32,227 nt of DNA from Armatimonadota bacterium. GTDB taxonomy: Bacteria; Armatimonadota; Armatimonadia; Armatimonadales; Armatimonadaceae. The stretch lies in NCBI GenBank assembly GCA_043754515.1, contig JAYUUO010000188.1, positions 1 through 32,227 of the forward strand, given 5' to 3'. Every line of letters begins with the position of its first letter. The first letter of the stretch is position 1. Shown piece by piece: positions 1-9,159 of this stretch. The position numbers were made by a program, and so were the translations under genes. Under the pieces are notes generated by a model that ran no database searches, was not told the DNA's origin, and was given only the letters and a program-made list of their open reading frames with translations.

Positions 1-489
1 GTCCCACGAGTCATCGAAGCGCGTGCCGTTGATGAAAAACGTCGGGGTCCCATTCACGCCGGAACGCACGCCGGACAGGAACTCCATCTCGATCCGCTCG
101 GTGTAAGTGCCCGATTTCAGGGCGTCGGCCACTTTCGCGCCGTCCGCGCCGACGCCTGACGCAAGCGCGACGAGTTTCTCGTCCTCTAACCCATTCCGCT
201 GATGCGCGAACAGGGCATCGTGCATCTCCCAGAACTTGCCCTGCGCGCCCGCCGCCTCGGCGGCCTCCGCTGCGTGCTTGGCGTGGGGGTGTATCTCCGA
301 GAGCGGGAACGCGCGGAAGACGATACGCAACCGGCCCCCCATCGCGTCGCGGACGGCGCGAACCACCGGTCGTGCCTTCGCGCAGTGCGGGCACTCATAG
401 TCGCCGTACTCAACCAGCGTGACGGGGGCGTCTAACTTCCCCAGCACATGATCGAGCGCGGGGTCAACATCCATTCGCAATGTCGCCAT
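1..489 (-). CDS. DsbA-family (Thioredoxin_4-like) oxidoreductase, 3' end runs off the window
   Basis: Not in the ORF track. Manual translation from ATG at 489 (GGAG upstream) gives MATLRMDVDPALDHVLGKLDAPVTLVEYGDYECPHCAK...FPLSEIHPHA...GKFWEMHDALF...GVNGTPTFFING, with a CPHC active site and the cis-Pro GTPT motif. The frame is open to position 1. Confidence 0.93.
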   Translation of the reverse strand, partial: MATLRMDVDPALDHVLGKLDAPVTLVEYGDYECPHCAKARPVVRAVRDAMGGRLRIVFRAFPLSEIHPHAKHAAEAAEAAGAQGKFWEMHDALFAHQRNGLEDEKLVALASGVGADGAKVADALKSGTYTERIEMEFLSGVRSGVNGTPTFFINGTRFDDSWD

Positions 490-515
490 ATCGGGTCTCC
501 TCACACGGACGGGTT

Positions 516-995
516 CTATGAATTCAGTTTCTCCAGCGCGTCCAGGATGCCGTCCGCACCAGGGTTGGATCCCATCGGGGACTGGTAGCTCCAGGCGATC
601 ACGCCGTTTTTATCAATCACGAACAGGGCGCGTTCGGACACGCCGAACGTTGTCTGATATACCCCGTACCGCCGCGATACCGCGCCCTTCGGCTCGAAGT
701 CGGCAAGTAGCGGGAAATGCAGGTTGTTCTCACGCGTATACGCCTGGTGGCACCAGATCCCGTCCACGCTAACGCCGAGCAGGGCGGCGTCATACTTCTG
801 AAACTCGGGCAATATCTGGTTATAGAGTGCCATCTGGTCGCCGCAAACGGGTGACCAATCGGCGGGGTAAAACGCCAGAATGACAGGCTTGCCCCGGAAC
901 TGGGACAATGTCACGGTCTGGTCGAAGGCGGTCGGCAGGGTGAAATCCGGCGCGGTCGTGCCGGAAGCGAGAAGTTCGGTAGGTTCGGTGCTCAT
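516..995 (-). CDS. Peroxiredoxin, AhpC/TSA family (AhpE-like)
   Basis: APDFTL, FYPADWSPVC (peroxidatic Cys motif) and ERALFVIDKNG; directly upstream of the DsbA gene. Confidence 0.9.
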   Translation of the reverse strand: MSTEPTELLASGTTAPDFTLPTAFDQTVTLSQFRGKPVILAFYPADWSPVCGDQMALYNQILPEFQKYDAALLGVSVDGIWCHQAYTRENNLHFPLLADFEPKGAVSRRYGVYQTTFGVSERALFVIDKNGVIAWSYQSPMGSNPGADGILDALEKLNS

Positions 996-1058
996 GGTGT
1001 CGGTTGAGGTTGTTTCTAATGGAATGATTGTTACTGCTAATGAGGTAGCCTTTACCTA

Positions 1059-1688
1059 TCAGCCAGGCGGGGCGACGAGCGGCGAGGGTTCGCCGAAAGC
1101 GTCCGCGCCGCTGAACACGAATGCTTCCAGTGGTTTACGGGTCCGCTCCGGGTTTGCGTTGCGACCCTGTAGTTTCGGGTCGGCGAGCGACTCGCTGGGC
1201 GCGTCGTAGCCGAGCGCGATCACGGCGACGGGCGCGTGCGTGTCGGGAATCGCGAATCGCGAGCGGCCGGCTTCTCGGTCATAGCCGCCCATCTGGTGCG
1301 TGTGTAGGCCGAGCGCGGTTGCTTGCAGGACGAGGTTCTGGACAGCGAGGCCGACGCAGTGGAGCGCGGTCGGGTTGACCTGCCCTGTCTTGTCGAAGTG
1401 AAGCCGGACCACGGATAGGATCAGCACCGGGGCGTTGACCGCCCATGCCTTGTTGCCGTCGGCGAGTAGCTCGAAAAGTCGGTGCCATGTTTCCGGCGCG
1501 TTGTCGCGATCCCCGGCGATAAATGCCCAGGGTTGCTCGTTTTGCGAGGACGCCGCCCAGCGCGCCGCCTCGAAGCAGGACAGGAGTTTCGCGGGTTCTA
1601 CGGCTTTGTCACGGTCGAATGCGGACGGACTCCATCGTTCGCGGATCACTTCTAACACATCATGTTGGACGGGGGCTGGTTTTCGCAT
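1059..1688 (-). CDS. Nitroreductase family protein
   Basis: IRERWSPSAF, AARWAASSQNEQPWAF, LQATALGLHTHQMGG and VIALGY motifs. Confidence 0.92.
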   Translation of the reverse strand: MRKPAPVQHDVLEVIRERWSPSAFDRDKAVEPAKLLSCFEAARWAASSQNEQPWAFIAGDRDNAPETWHRLFELLADGNKAWAVNAPVLILSVVRLHFDKTGQVNPTALHCVGLAVQNLVLQATALGLHTHQMGGYDREAGRSRFAIPDTHAPVAVIALGYDAPSESLADPKLQGRNANPERTRKPLEAFVFSGADAFGEPSPLVAPPG

Positions 1689-1759
1689 GTCGGGTACTGA
1701 GTTCTAGCATACCCCGAAGCGCGTGAAAACGACATGTCGTACAAACGCGTAGGGATCAG

Positions 1760-1814
1760 AAAGCAGGAACGGCGGGTTCGTCGGCTCTACGCCGCGACCC
1801 GCCGTTCCTGCTTT
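1760..1814. terminator. Long hairpin, probable intrinsic terminator for the upstream minus-strand gene
   Basis: Perfect 18-bp arms aaagcaggaacggcgggt (1760-1777) and acccgccgttcctgcttt (1797-1814), with a small inner stem. Confidence 0.65.
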
Positions 1815-1895
1815 ATTACTTCGTCGCAATTAATAAGTGCATCCCGCGGCACCATCGGGCTACCCCATCGCAAGACCCATCTCGATTCTCTTTCG

Positions 1896-2228
1896 CTACC
1901 GCCGAGCAAGTTCACGTTCCTGGTCGCCGATCCTGGCACGCTCATCCCCTGCCGCAATCACGAAGTGGGCACTGAAACCGGGGAGAACCCCATACCGCCC
2001 GCCGCTGTCGTCGGTGTCATAGACTTCCTGATCGTATTCCTTGCCGTGCCGCGCCGCATTCAGAACGCGTTCGCCCTGTCGCAGAGCCGCTACCGCCTCG
2101 CGCTCGATCAGCGCGTCGAGCTCGCCGGCATCGAGCCAGAGACCGCCGCAGGATCGGCAGTGTTCTATCTCCACCCCTTGTCGCTCCACCGCTTCAAGCG
2201 GCATCGCGCATAATGGACAATTCATCAT
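1896..2228 (-). CDS. zf-TFIIB-type zinc-ribbon domain protein
   Basis: MNCPLC...GVEIEHCRSCGGLWLDAGELDALI is the typical zf-TFIIB pattern; GGAGG SD upstream. Confidence 0.85.
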   Translation of the reverse strand: MMNCPLCAMPLEAVERQGVEIEHCRSCGGLWLDAGELDALIEREAVAALRQGERVLNAARHGKEYDQEVYDTDDSGGRYGVLPGFSAHFVIAAGDERARIGDQERELARR

Positions 2229-2425
2229 TTCTTTCCTCCCTCTTTAACGCACGCCGGGTAGCCACGATTGGCTCCCCGAATCATCCGACAAACGGGGCCA
2301 CGTTCCGGTTGCACTTGTCGCCTCGCGCCTTCCGTATCGCCCCACGCTGTCACGTTATTAAACACTCGAATGGACGGCAGTGTTGCCCTGTATTGCTGCT
2401 TTAGGTCATCGGCGGGGGCGTTGCG

Positions 2426-2738
2426 CGACTCTATGGCACGACTCTCTTTGTCAACTGGCGCGACGGGATTAGGGACGCGATGGCCCGGACGAAAATCACT
2501 GTTCGGATCGTCCGCATTCTTCGGGGCGGTAACTTCGGTGACCACGGAGAGCACATCAGCGGGCCTTTAAGCGAGCTACGTATCAATTATGGGCTGGGGG
2601 TATCGGGTCTATTACGTGCTGCAAGGCGGGATACTGGTAGTATTAGTGGGCGGCGGTACGAAGGAAATCCAGCAAGACGATATAGTAAAAGCAGTGGCAC
2701 TGTGGGAGGAAAACCGGAATGATCCTGAGAGATTTTAG
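2426..2738 (+). pseudogene. RelE/ParE-superfamily addiction-module toxin (HI1419/HigB-like), frameshifted
   Basis: One frame reads FVNWRDGIRDAMARTKITVRIVRILRGGNFGDHGEHISGPLSELRINYGLG. After one extra G in the G5 run (2596-2600) it continues YRVYYVLQGGILVVLVGGGTKEIQQDDIVKAVALWEENRNDPERF*. No clean start codon was found. Confidence 0.85.
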
Positions 2739-2959
2739 TGGATGACCTGCGCGACCCGGAGTTTCGACGAAACTTCGTTGTCGCATATTACGAGGAGGAT
2801 GGCATCGCGGGGTTGAAGGCGACTCGGGATGAGATCGCCTGTGCCGACGGAGCCGTTGTCGCATCGGAGCTACCACTCCCCCCGGACGATTTCACAGCCC
2901 TTCGCGGAACAGTCAACGCGCTCGGGTTGGACTTTCGGCTTGTTCCTGTAGGCACATAA
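2719..2959 (+). pseudogene. Degenerate addiction-module antitoxin (HI1420-like)
   Basis: GGAGGA plus ATG at 2719 gives MILRDFSG*, out of frame with DDLRDPEFRRNFVVAYYEE...DDFTALRGTVNALGLDFRLVP (2738-2959). N- and C-terminal motifs match the antidote family, but no central HTH is recognisable. Overlaps the toxin 3' end. Confidence 0.65.
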
Positions 2960-2965
2960 CGCCAA

Positions 2966-4018
2966 CTACGGAGCAAGTACCGCCGCGCCGCACGACGCCC
3001 GGATCGTGAGTTCCGTGGGCAGAAGCACGTGCCGGGGCGGGCCGTCCGCGCCCTCGATCCGGTCGAGCAAGATCCGCGCCGCGTGCTCCCCGAGTGCGCG
3101 CATCGGGAGCGTCACCGTGGTGAGGGGCGGGTGCATGTACTCCGCCGTGGACGCGCCGCCGAACCCCACTAACGCCATCTCCCCCGGTACGGCGCGCCCG
3201 GCGTCGTGCAGGGCGCGGAGCACGCCCATCGCGGTGCTGTCCGTCGCCGCGAGTATGGCGGTCACGCCCTTACCCGCCTTATCCGCGAGCAGTTCGCGGG
3301 CGGCTTCCAGCCCTTCGAGCGACCGCTCGTTGCGCGGGCGCAGTGCCTCCCACGGGATCGTCTCCAGCCGCGCCTCCTTGATGACAGACTGGTAGCCCTG
3401 CAACCGCTCGCGTTGGGCGGTGTTCATGCGGTGTGGCGCGTAGATATAGGCGACGCGCTTGTGACCCAACCGGAGCAGGTGGCGGGTAGCGGTGCGGGCG
3501 GCGGAGAAGTTGTCGGCGGCGACGTAGTCGGCGTCCAGGCCCGGCACGAAGCGATCCACGAACACGAACGGAATTTTCTCCGCTTCTAGGGCGCGGTAAT
3601 GCTCGACCGCGGGCTTGGCGTCGGAGGATTCCGGGTCGTCGTCCGACGGCGCGATCAGAAAGCCGTCTACGCGCTTTTGTTTGAGTGCCTCGATTTGCAT
3701 CTCTTCCAGCCGTAGTTCGGAGGGGGCGTAGTCGAGGAGCAGATGGTAATCGCGCTCGGCGAGCACAGACTGCGCCCCAGCGAGCACTTCGCTCCAGAAG
3801 GCGGATGACGTGTATCCGACTACCGCGCCGATGGTGAACGATTTTCCCGAGCGAAGCCCCCGCGCGAGATGATTCTTGCGGTAGCCCAAGTCGGACGCGA
3901 TGGAAAGGATCCGCTCGCGGGTCTCGCGCCGTATTCGCGGGTCGTTGTTGATGGCGAGGCTGACCGTGGACACATCCACCCCGGCCTGCCGCGCCACGTC
4001 TTTCATCGTCGTTGCCAT
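2966..4018 (-). CDS. LacI-family transcriptional regulator
   Basis: TMKDVARQAGVDVSTVSLAIN HTH, YRKNHLARGL hinge helix, and a C-terminal sugar-binding domain with PPLTTV. Confidence 0.95.
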   Translation of the reverse strand: MATTMKDVARQAGVDVSTVSLAINNDPRIRRETRERILSIASDLGYRKNHLARGLRSGKSFTIGAVVGYTSSAFWSEVLAGAQSVLAERDYHLLLDYAPSELRLEEMQIEALKQKRVDGFLIAPSDDDPESSDAKPAVEHYRALEAEKIPFVFVDRFVPGLDADYVAADNFSAARTATRHLLRLGHKRVAYIYAPHRMNTAQRERLQGYQSVIKEARLETIPWEALRPRNERSLEGLEAARELLADKAGKGVTAILAATDSTAMGVLRALHDAGRAVPGEMALVGFGGASTAEYMHPPLTTVTLPMRALGEHAARILLDRIEGADGPPRHVLLPTELTIRASCGAAVLAP

Positions 4019-4040
4019 CGGTACTATTGTCCGTTATTCT

Positions 4041-4058
4041 AATTCAAAGGTTTGGATT
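4041..4058. promoter_or_regulatory. Candidate LacI-type operator (autoregulation)
   Basis: Near-palindrome aattcaaa-gg-tttggatt, 22 nt upstream of the LacI start codon. Confidence 0.4.
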
Positions 4059-4165
4059 CGCCGTCACGGCGCGGTGTTCCTCCCTGTCAAGTAGTTCGCG
4101 GACGTTTTTTTTCGCGCCCCTCCGTTTCGGTGCTTCCATAGCCGAACCCGAACGCGTACCGCTTG

Positions 4166-5059
4166 CTACTTCGCCCGCGCCCCGAGCGCGCGGTCCACGG
4201 CGCGGAGGAAGCGGCTTCGCTCGATCAGCACGTTCAACGAAATGCGTTCGGCGAGTACGTTCAGTCCGAGGAGTACCGCGAAAAGCACCAGCCGCCCGGA
4301 GAGCGGCAGCGTCACGGCGGCGGCGAGCGCGCCGGTCGCGCCGAGCAGATTACTGCCCGTATCCCCCATCATGCCCCTGCCCCGCGCGTCGTTCCACCAC
4401 TCGACGGCGGCGGCGATCACCAGCGGTCCGAGGAGCACGCCAGCTGGAGTGTAGTAGCGCACGTCATCGGGGAGCAGTCCAGGCACCAGGTAGCGCAGTT
4501 TGTACAACCCGAACGCAGCACCTATAGTCACTGGCAAGGCGAACAGCGCGAAGAAGCCAAACTGGGCGCGACCGGGACGCGTGTCGAGCAGGTTGAGCGC
4601 GTTCGCGCCGAGTGCGATCATCGCCGCCGTCAGGAGCAGGTTGCCCCAGTCCGAACGGTAGATCAGGAATGACGCGAGCAGGGCGAGTATCCCGCCGCCG
4701 ATCAGTTTCATCCCGCCCGTCGTGAGTCGCCCATGCAGGAGTGCCCCGATATGCCCGCGAAACCCGCCGACGGCGCGGGAGCCGTACAGATCGTCTAGCA
4801 AGCCTAAGACGCCGAACCCGACGCACACCATCAGGAAGGACGGGGCGAACGCCCACCCGAGCGTGGAACCCGTGGTCGGCAGGAAGCCGTAGGTCGCGCC
4901 GCCGACAAGCAGGAACGTGATCCCGGTCGCGGCGGGGATCACGACGTTCGCATAGTTTGGCTTTTCGAGACGCCACGCGCGGCACAATGCCCGCGCGATA
5001 AACGGCGCGGCGGCGCATAGCAGGGCGAAACAGAGCAGGGAGAGGATCAGGTATGTCAC
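4166..5059 (-). CDS. Glycosyltransferase family 4 / MraY-WecA-like polyprenyl-phosphate sugar-phosphate transferase, divergent
   Basis: Multi-TM protein with GLLDDL, NALNLLDTRPG and MMGDTGSNLLG. The GTG start at 5059 overlaps the GT2 stop (GTGA) and is preferred over the ORF-track start at 5191. Confidence 0.85.
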   Translation of the reverse strand: MTYLILSLLCFALLCAAAPFIARALCRAWRLEKPNYANVVIPAATGITFLLVGGATYGFLPTTGSTLGWAFAPSFLMVCVGFGVLGLLDDLYGSRAVGGFRGHIGALLHGRLTTGGMKLIGGGILALLASFLIYRSDWGNLLLTAAMIALGANALNLLDTRPGRAQFGFFALFALPVTIGAAFGLYKLRYLVPGLLPDDVRYYTPAGVLLGPLVIAAAVEWWNDARGRGMMGDTGSNLLGATGALAAAVTLPLSGRLVLFAVLLGLNVLAERISLNVLIERSRFLRAVDRALGARAK

Positions 5060-5748
5060 GGGCGGTTGCCGCCTCTCATCAGGCGCGGCAGGAGTGCCCG
5101 CGCCACGTCGCGCCACTGCCGCGCCCGGTGCCACCGCGCCCGCCAGTCCGTGCCAGTCACTCGGTGCGTCATCGCGAGCGGGATTTCGCACACCGAATAT
5201 CCCGCCCGCAAGACGTCAATTGTTAGCGCGGTCTCGACCCCGAACCCCGCAGCGAGCGGCAACGCGGCGTCGAAAACGCCGCGCCGCACGCACCGCTGGC
5301 CCGAGAGCGGCTCGTTCATCGCGCGCCCCGCGCAGGTTCGGATTCCCCAGCGGGCGAGTCGTACCACGAACCCGCCGCCACCGCCGCGCACACCAGCCCT
5401 GGGAATGAAATTCGCTATTGCCATGTCCGCGTCGCCTGAGCGCACCGGTTCGATCAATTTCCGCGCCTCGCTCGCCGTTTCGCGCAGGTCGGCGTCAAGA
5501 AATAGGAGCAACGCCGTGGGGTCGGGGACGTGCGCCGCGCCGGTCGTCATCGCCGCCGCCTTGCCCCGATTTCGTTCATGCCGCAGTACCAGCGCGCCCG
5601 CGCCCGCCGCCGCGATTGCCGTGCCGTCCGTGGAGCCGTCGTCCACGACGATCACGGAGCCGACGCCGGGGATCGCCCGCGCCGCGTCTACGGTTTCGGC
5701 GATGTGGTCGCCTTCGTTGAAGGCGGGCAGGATCACGGCGACAGTCAA
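5056..5748 (-). CDS. Glycosyltransferase family 2 (DPM/DPG-synthase-like)
   Basis: VILPAFNE, VVDDGSTD, NRGKAAA, FLDAD and PLSGQR motifs; start overlaps the upstream stop. Confidence 0.92.
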   Translation of the reverse strand: MTVAVILPAFNEGDHIAETVDAARAIPGVGSVIVVDDGSTDGTAIAAAGAGALVLRHERNRGKAAAMTTGAAHVPDPTALLLFLDADLRETASEARKLIEPVRSGDADMAIANFIPRAGVRGGGGGFVVRLARWGIRTCAGRAMNEPLSGQRCVRRGVFDAALPLAAGFGVETALTIDVLRAGYSVCEIPLAMTHRVTGTDWRARWHRARQWRDVARALLPRLMRGGNRP

Positions 5749-6653
5749 GGGATCGTCACCGGGGGGGCGAGGGTTGGGCGAGGGTCGGCGGGGATCGGCG
5801 AACGAATGGGGCTGGGGGACGGCTCCGGCTCCGCGCCCGCGCCGGTCGGCAGAGCACGCTCCGCGTCGGCCCGGTAGCCGAATGCACCGCTCTCGCCCCG
5901 GATCGCGAACGGCAGCGCGATTTTCCCCGCCGCCCGGTCAATCGCGTCAATGGTGGCGATGCCTTTGCCCCGGTACGTCGGTAGGTACGACAGGTCCGTC
6001 TTGCGCGGTTCCACGGCGACCACGCGCAGACCCGCCTCCTGCCACGCCTCGATCAGGGGGAGATCACGGGCGGCGAGGAGCACGGCGTCGCCCCCGCCCG
6101 TCTCGCCGCCGACCAGCACCACGAGACCCACGGCACCGGAGGGCGTGCTACCGCCGTCGCCGACGGCGAGTAGCCCGTCGTCGCGAAACTTCCGCCACGA
6201 CTCCTTGTCGCCGCCCGCGAGACGCCGGGCAAGTTCACGCGCCTCGCCCGCGACGGCGTCCGCAGTCATCTCCGGTTTGCCGAGCCGCGCCCGCCACGCG
6301 TCCGGGGGGAGCGAGACGCGCACGGGAATCGCGCCGGCTAGTTCGAGTGCCTCAACGGTCGCCGCGCTCGCGGCGGCATAGTTACCGGTCTGCACCACCA
6401 GCACCCGCTTGCCGGTCAGTGTCCCGCGCACCGCCTGGGGCAACATCTGCCCGAGGGCCTGCTCCGTGCGCTCGCGCTCGCGGGTTTCCTCGCGCAGTTC
6501 GGAGACGTGGGTTTCGAGCCGGTGCAACATCCCGGTCTGCCGCGCGACGATGGGCGAGCCGACGAACGCGGTGCCGATCACGATCCCGATGCCCAGCGCG
6601 AGGAAGACGGACGAGAGCGAAGCGACATGGTAGCGCAGGTCGGGATTGTTCAT
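5745..6653 (-). CDS. MctB/SteB-like ('copper transporter', DUF3186) membrane-anchored protein
   Basis: N-terminal signature DLRYHVASLSSVFLALGIGIVIG, a coiled coil, GTLTGKRVLVV, C-terminal IATIDAID...GAFG, and a Pro-rich tail. Confidence 0.85.
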   Translation of the reverse strand: MNNPDLRYHVASLSSVFLALGIGIVIGTAFVGSPIVARQTGMLHRLETHVSELREETRERERTEQALGQMLPQAVRGTLTGKRVLVVQTGNYAAASAATVEALELAGAIPVRVSLPPDAWRARLGKPEMTADAVAGEARELARRLAGGDKESWRKFRDDGLLAVGDGGSTPSGAVGLVVLVGGETGGGDAVLLAARDLPLIEAWQEAGLRVVAVEPRKTDLSYLPTYRGKGIATIDAIDRAAGKIALPFAIRGESGAFGYRADAERALPTGAGAEPEPSPSPIRSPIPADPRPTLAPPVTIP

Positions 6654-6763
6654 ACGGGGCTATTGTACCGCCCCGCGCGATCGTTTCTCTAATGAGCCAA
6701 CTGTGTAGTGGGCATGACAAACCGACAATAGTAACAACAACTTTACAATGTTTGCGAAATATC

Positions 6764-6792
6764 TTGACAGCCATAAGAATCGTCTGTAAAAT
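6764..6792 (+). promoter_or_regulatory. Sigma70-type promoter of the GntR-type regulator
   Basis: TTGACA (6764-6769), 17-nt spacer, TAAAAT (6787-6792) in an AT-rich divergent intergenic region. Confidence 0.75.
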
Positions 6793-6841
6793 GATGGTGT
6801 ACCGTTACTCACATATCAATAAAGACGGTACATAAAAACGG

Positions 6842-7981
6842 ATGCGGATGCGTCTTTCGTTGAAGGAGTTTGCTACGAAACCGAAGTTGGAGACGGCGCG
6901 CGCGGAGTTGACCGAGCTAGCCAGAGAATTGGGGGCGGGGGCAAAACTCCCCCGTTTCGTCGAGCTGCGAAAGCAGATCGGGATTAGCGCGGAGACACTG
7001 GACGACGCGCTTACGGACTTAGAGGCGCGAAACATATTGTATCGTCGTCATGGGGTCGGTATTTTCGTGTCTACCGAGATAGGCCGAAAAACCATTGCTC
7101 TGATGTGCAGCCCGATGTTTTTTACCGCGGCCGAGGTGTCGCCGTTCTGGCACATCCTGGTCGAGCAGGTACGGGCGTCCGTTGCCAAGGAGGATCACAA
7201 GCTACTGTTTCAGTTCACGACGGGCACGTCGGAAGGCGGTGCCCGAAACGATGCCGGTTTGCAGACAGAGGTGATGGAAGCGGTGAGTGGCGGCCGTATC
7301 CATGGGGTGCTTGGTATCGGCCTGTTGGAGGTAACGCAACAGTGGCTGGAGTCGCATGGCGTGCCAGTTATCGGGTTCGCCGGCTCTGGTGCCTACCAGG
7401 TGAACTTCGACGCCCTGACACTCATTGACGCGGGGGTTGAACAGGTCGCCCAGCAAGACATGAGTCGAATCGGATTGTGGTTGAGTTTCGGTTTCCAGTT
7501 TGGTATGCGGGATACGGGCGCGGCGGAAGACAATTTTGTGCCTTGCTTCCGCAAGGTTTTAGGAGAACATGGGTTGCATTTCTACCCGGAACTGGTGCGC
7601 GAGGCGCGTCATCTTCCGCCGATGGCAGATGGGCAACGCGCCGAGACGTATTGGGAGCAGGGTTACCAGATGGCGAATATAGTTTTCTCCGGCCCCGCCG
7701 AGGGGCGACCCGACGCCATCCTTTGTAACAGCGAACTGATGGTACAGGGGGCGTTAATCGGGATGGAACGGCGTGGGATTCGCGTCGGGGAAGATGTAAA
7801 GATGGTTGGGCACGCGAACATCGGCTCACGGGTTCTGTCGCCGTGGGCGGACGACATCATTCGCGTCGCGAGCGACCCGGCAGAGTTAGCGAGGGCTATG
7901 CTCCTTCGTTTGGAGATGCGGATGCGCGGGGAGTCCCCCGAGCCAAAGCACCTCAAACTAACACCGAGGGTGATCATGTAG
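6842..7981 (+). CDS. GntR-type wHTH plus LacI-like substrate-binding-domain transcriptional regulator
   Basis: GAKLPRFVELRKQIGISAETLDDALTDLEARNILYRRHGVGIFV wHTH; C-terminal RPDAILC...GIRVGEDV periplasmic-binding-like fold. Confidence 0.88.
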   Translation: MRMRLSLKEFATKPKLETARAELTELARELGAGAKLPRFVELRKQIGISAETLDDALTDLEARNILYRRHGVGIFVSTEIGRKTIALMCSPMFFTAAEVSPFWHILVEQVRASVAKEDHKLLFQFTTGTSEGGARNDAGLQTEVMEAVSGGRIHGVLGIGLLEVTQQWLESHGVPVIGFAGSGAYQVNFDALTLIDAGVEQVAQQDMSRIGLWLSFGFQFGMRDTGAAEDNFVPCFRKVLGEHGLHFYPELVREARHLPPMADGQRAETYWEQGYQMANIVFSGPAEGRPDAILCNSELMVQGALIGMERRGIRVGEDVKMVGHANIGSRVLSPWADDIIRVASDPAELARAMLLRLEMRMRGESPEPKHLKLTPRVIM

Positions 7982-8190
7982 GATTGGTTGAAAGACACAC
8001 CAGGGATAATGATGGTGCGCGGTTCGTGTTCGTGAGCCGCGCGGTGAAACAGGAGATCGACTCGATTGATTCAAACGGGGCGCGAACCGCTCCCTTTCGT
8101 TCTCGACGGTCTGGCGACAGACCTTTAACACTAGTTCTGACCGGGAAGCGTTGCTCAGCGCGACACTCCCAATGAAGGGATCTCATATCC

Positions 8191-9105
8191 ATGAAACGGT
8201 ACGCATCTACCCATCGCTCCGGCTTTACGCTGATCGAGCTACTCGTTGTAATTGCTATAATCGCTATTCTTGCCGCGATATTATTTCCTGTGTTCGCGCA
8301 GGCTCGCGAAAAAGCGCGTCAAACATCGTGCCTGTCCAATATAAAACAGATCACGCTGGGGCTGGTCCAGTACCAGCAAGACTTCGAGGAAACCCTCCCA
8401 TTCAACCGCGAGTGTAACAACCCGAATGGGAACTACCCCTGTATCGCCGGTCGCGCCATCCTCGGCTGGGTAGACCTGATGGAGCCATATGTCAAAAGTC
8501 GCGGCGTGTTCAAGTGCCCCAGCGACACAGTCTCCCCCGAACCGATGCAGGGCGAACTCGATATGCAGGGCAACGCGGCGTCACGCGGTCACGTCTGGGT
8601 CGGCACCCCACACGCGAGCGGTTATTACGGCGGCATGTTTCAGACCTCGTATGCCCGTAACAACAACCTGGCGAACAATGGCACCGGCACGGCGGCACTC
8701 GCCGACATCCAGTACCCGACCACAACTATATTGATCCTGGAATTCGCGGCGAACAGCGGCGGCGGCGATAACGGCAAAGAACACGGGCACGGGTCGCCCT
8801 ACACCATCGTCCGCGACCCGACGATCTCAGCGTCGCCCTGCAACGCGAACGACCCGACTAATTCGACCAATAACCAGGCTAACTTCTATGGCTCGCTGAT
8901 CCCGGAGCAACAGGCGAACGAAAAGGCGATCCAGAGTTCCGCCCGTCATAGCGGCGGCGCGAACTACGGCTTCATAGATGGGCACGCGAAGTGGTACAAG
9001 CCGAACAACGTCAACGGGCAGTGCGGCTTCGGTTTCGTCAGCCCCGCGTCTCCGAACGGACTGGAAAAGGGCAACAACGGAAGCGTGCCCGACTTCCGAC
9101 TGTAG
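8191..9105 (+). CDS. Prepilin-type N-terminal cleavage/methylation protein with DUF1559 and H-X9-DG C-terminal motif
   Basis: [63 protein letters not shown]. Confidence 0.95.
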   Translation: MKRYASTHRSGFTLIELLVVIAIIAILAAILFPVFAQAREKARQTSCLSNIKQITLGLVQYQQDFEETLPFNRECNNPNGNYPCIAGRAILGWVDLMEPYVKSRGVFKCPSDTVSPEPMQGELDMQGNAASRGHVWVGTPHASGYYGGMFQTSYARNNNLANNGTGTAALADIQYPTTTILILEFAANSGGGDNGKEHGHGSPYTIVRDPTISASPCNANDPTNSTNNQANFYGSLIPEQQANEKAIQSSARHSGGANYGFIDGHAKWYKPNNVNGQCGFGFVSPASPNGLEKGNNGSVPDFRL

Positions 9106-9112
9106 AACGCCA

Positions 9113-9159
9113 GGCACTGCCACCTCAACCTCTTTTGAAGAGGTTGAGGTGGCAGTGCC
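9113..9159. repeat. Perfect 22-bp inverted repeat hairpin between the DUF1559 and phosphoesterase genes
   Basis: ggcactgccacctcaacctctt, loop ttg, aagaggttgaggtggcagtgcc; no U-tract follows on the + strand. Confidence 0.85.

Noticed and set aside
1830..1895. Fluoride-riboswitch-like GCGATGG on the minus strand
   Set aside because: The downstream pseudoknot and GCUGAUG elements are absent
2225..2570. ORFs 2225-2554 (-) and 2268-2570 (+)
   Set aside because: Both overlap the toxin pseudogene in other frames and show no motifs
5066..6835. 589-aa plus-strand ORF
   Set aside because: Arg/Pro/Ala-rich antisense shadow of the GT2 and MctB-like genes, typical of high-GC DNA
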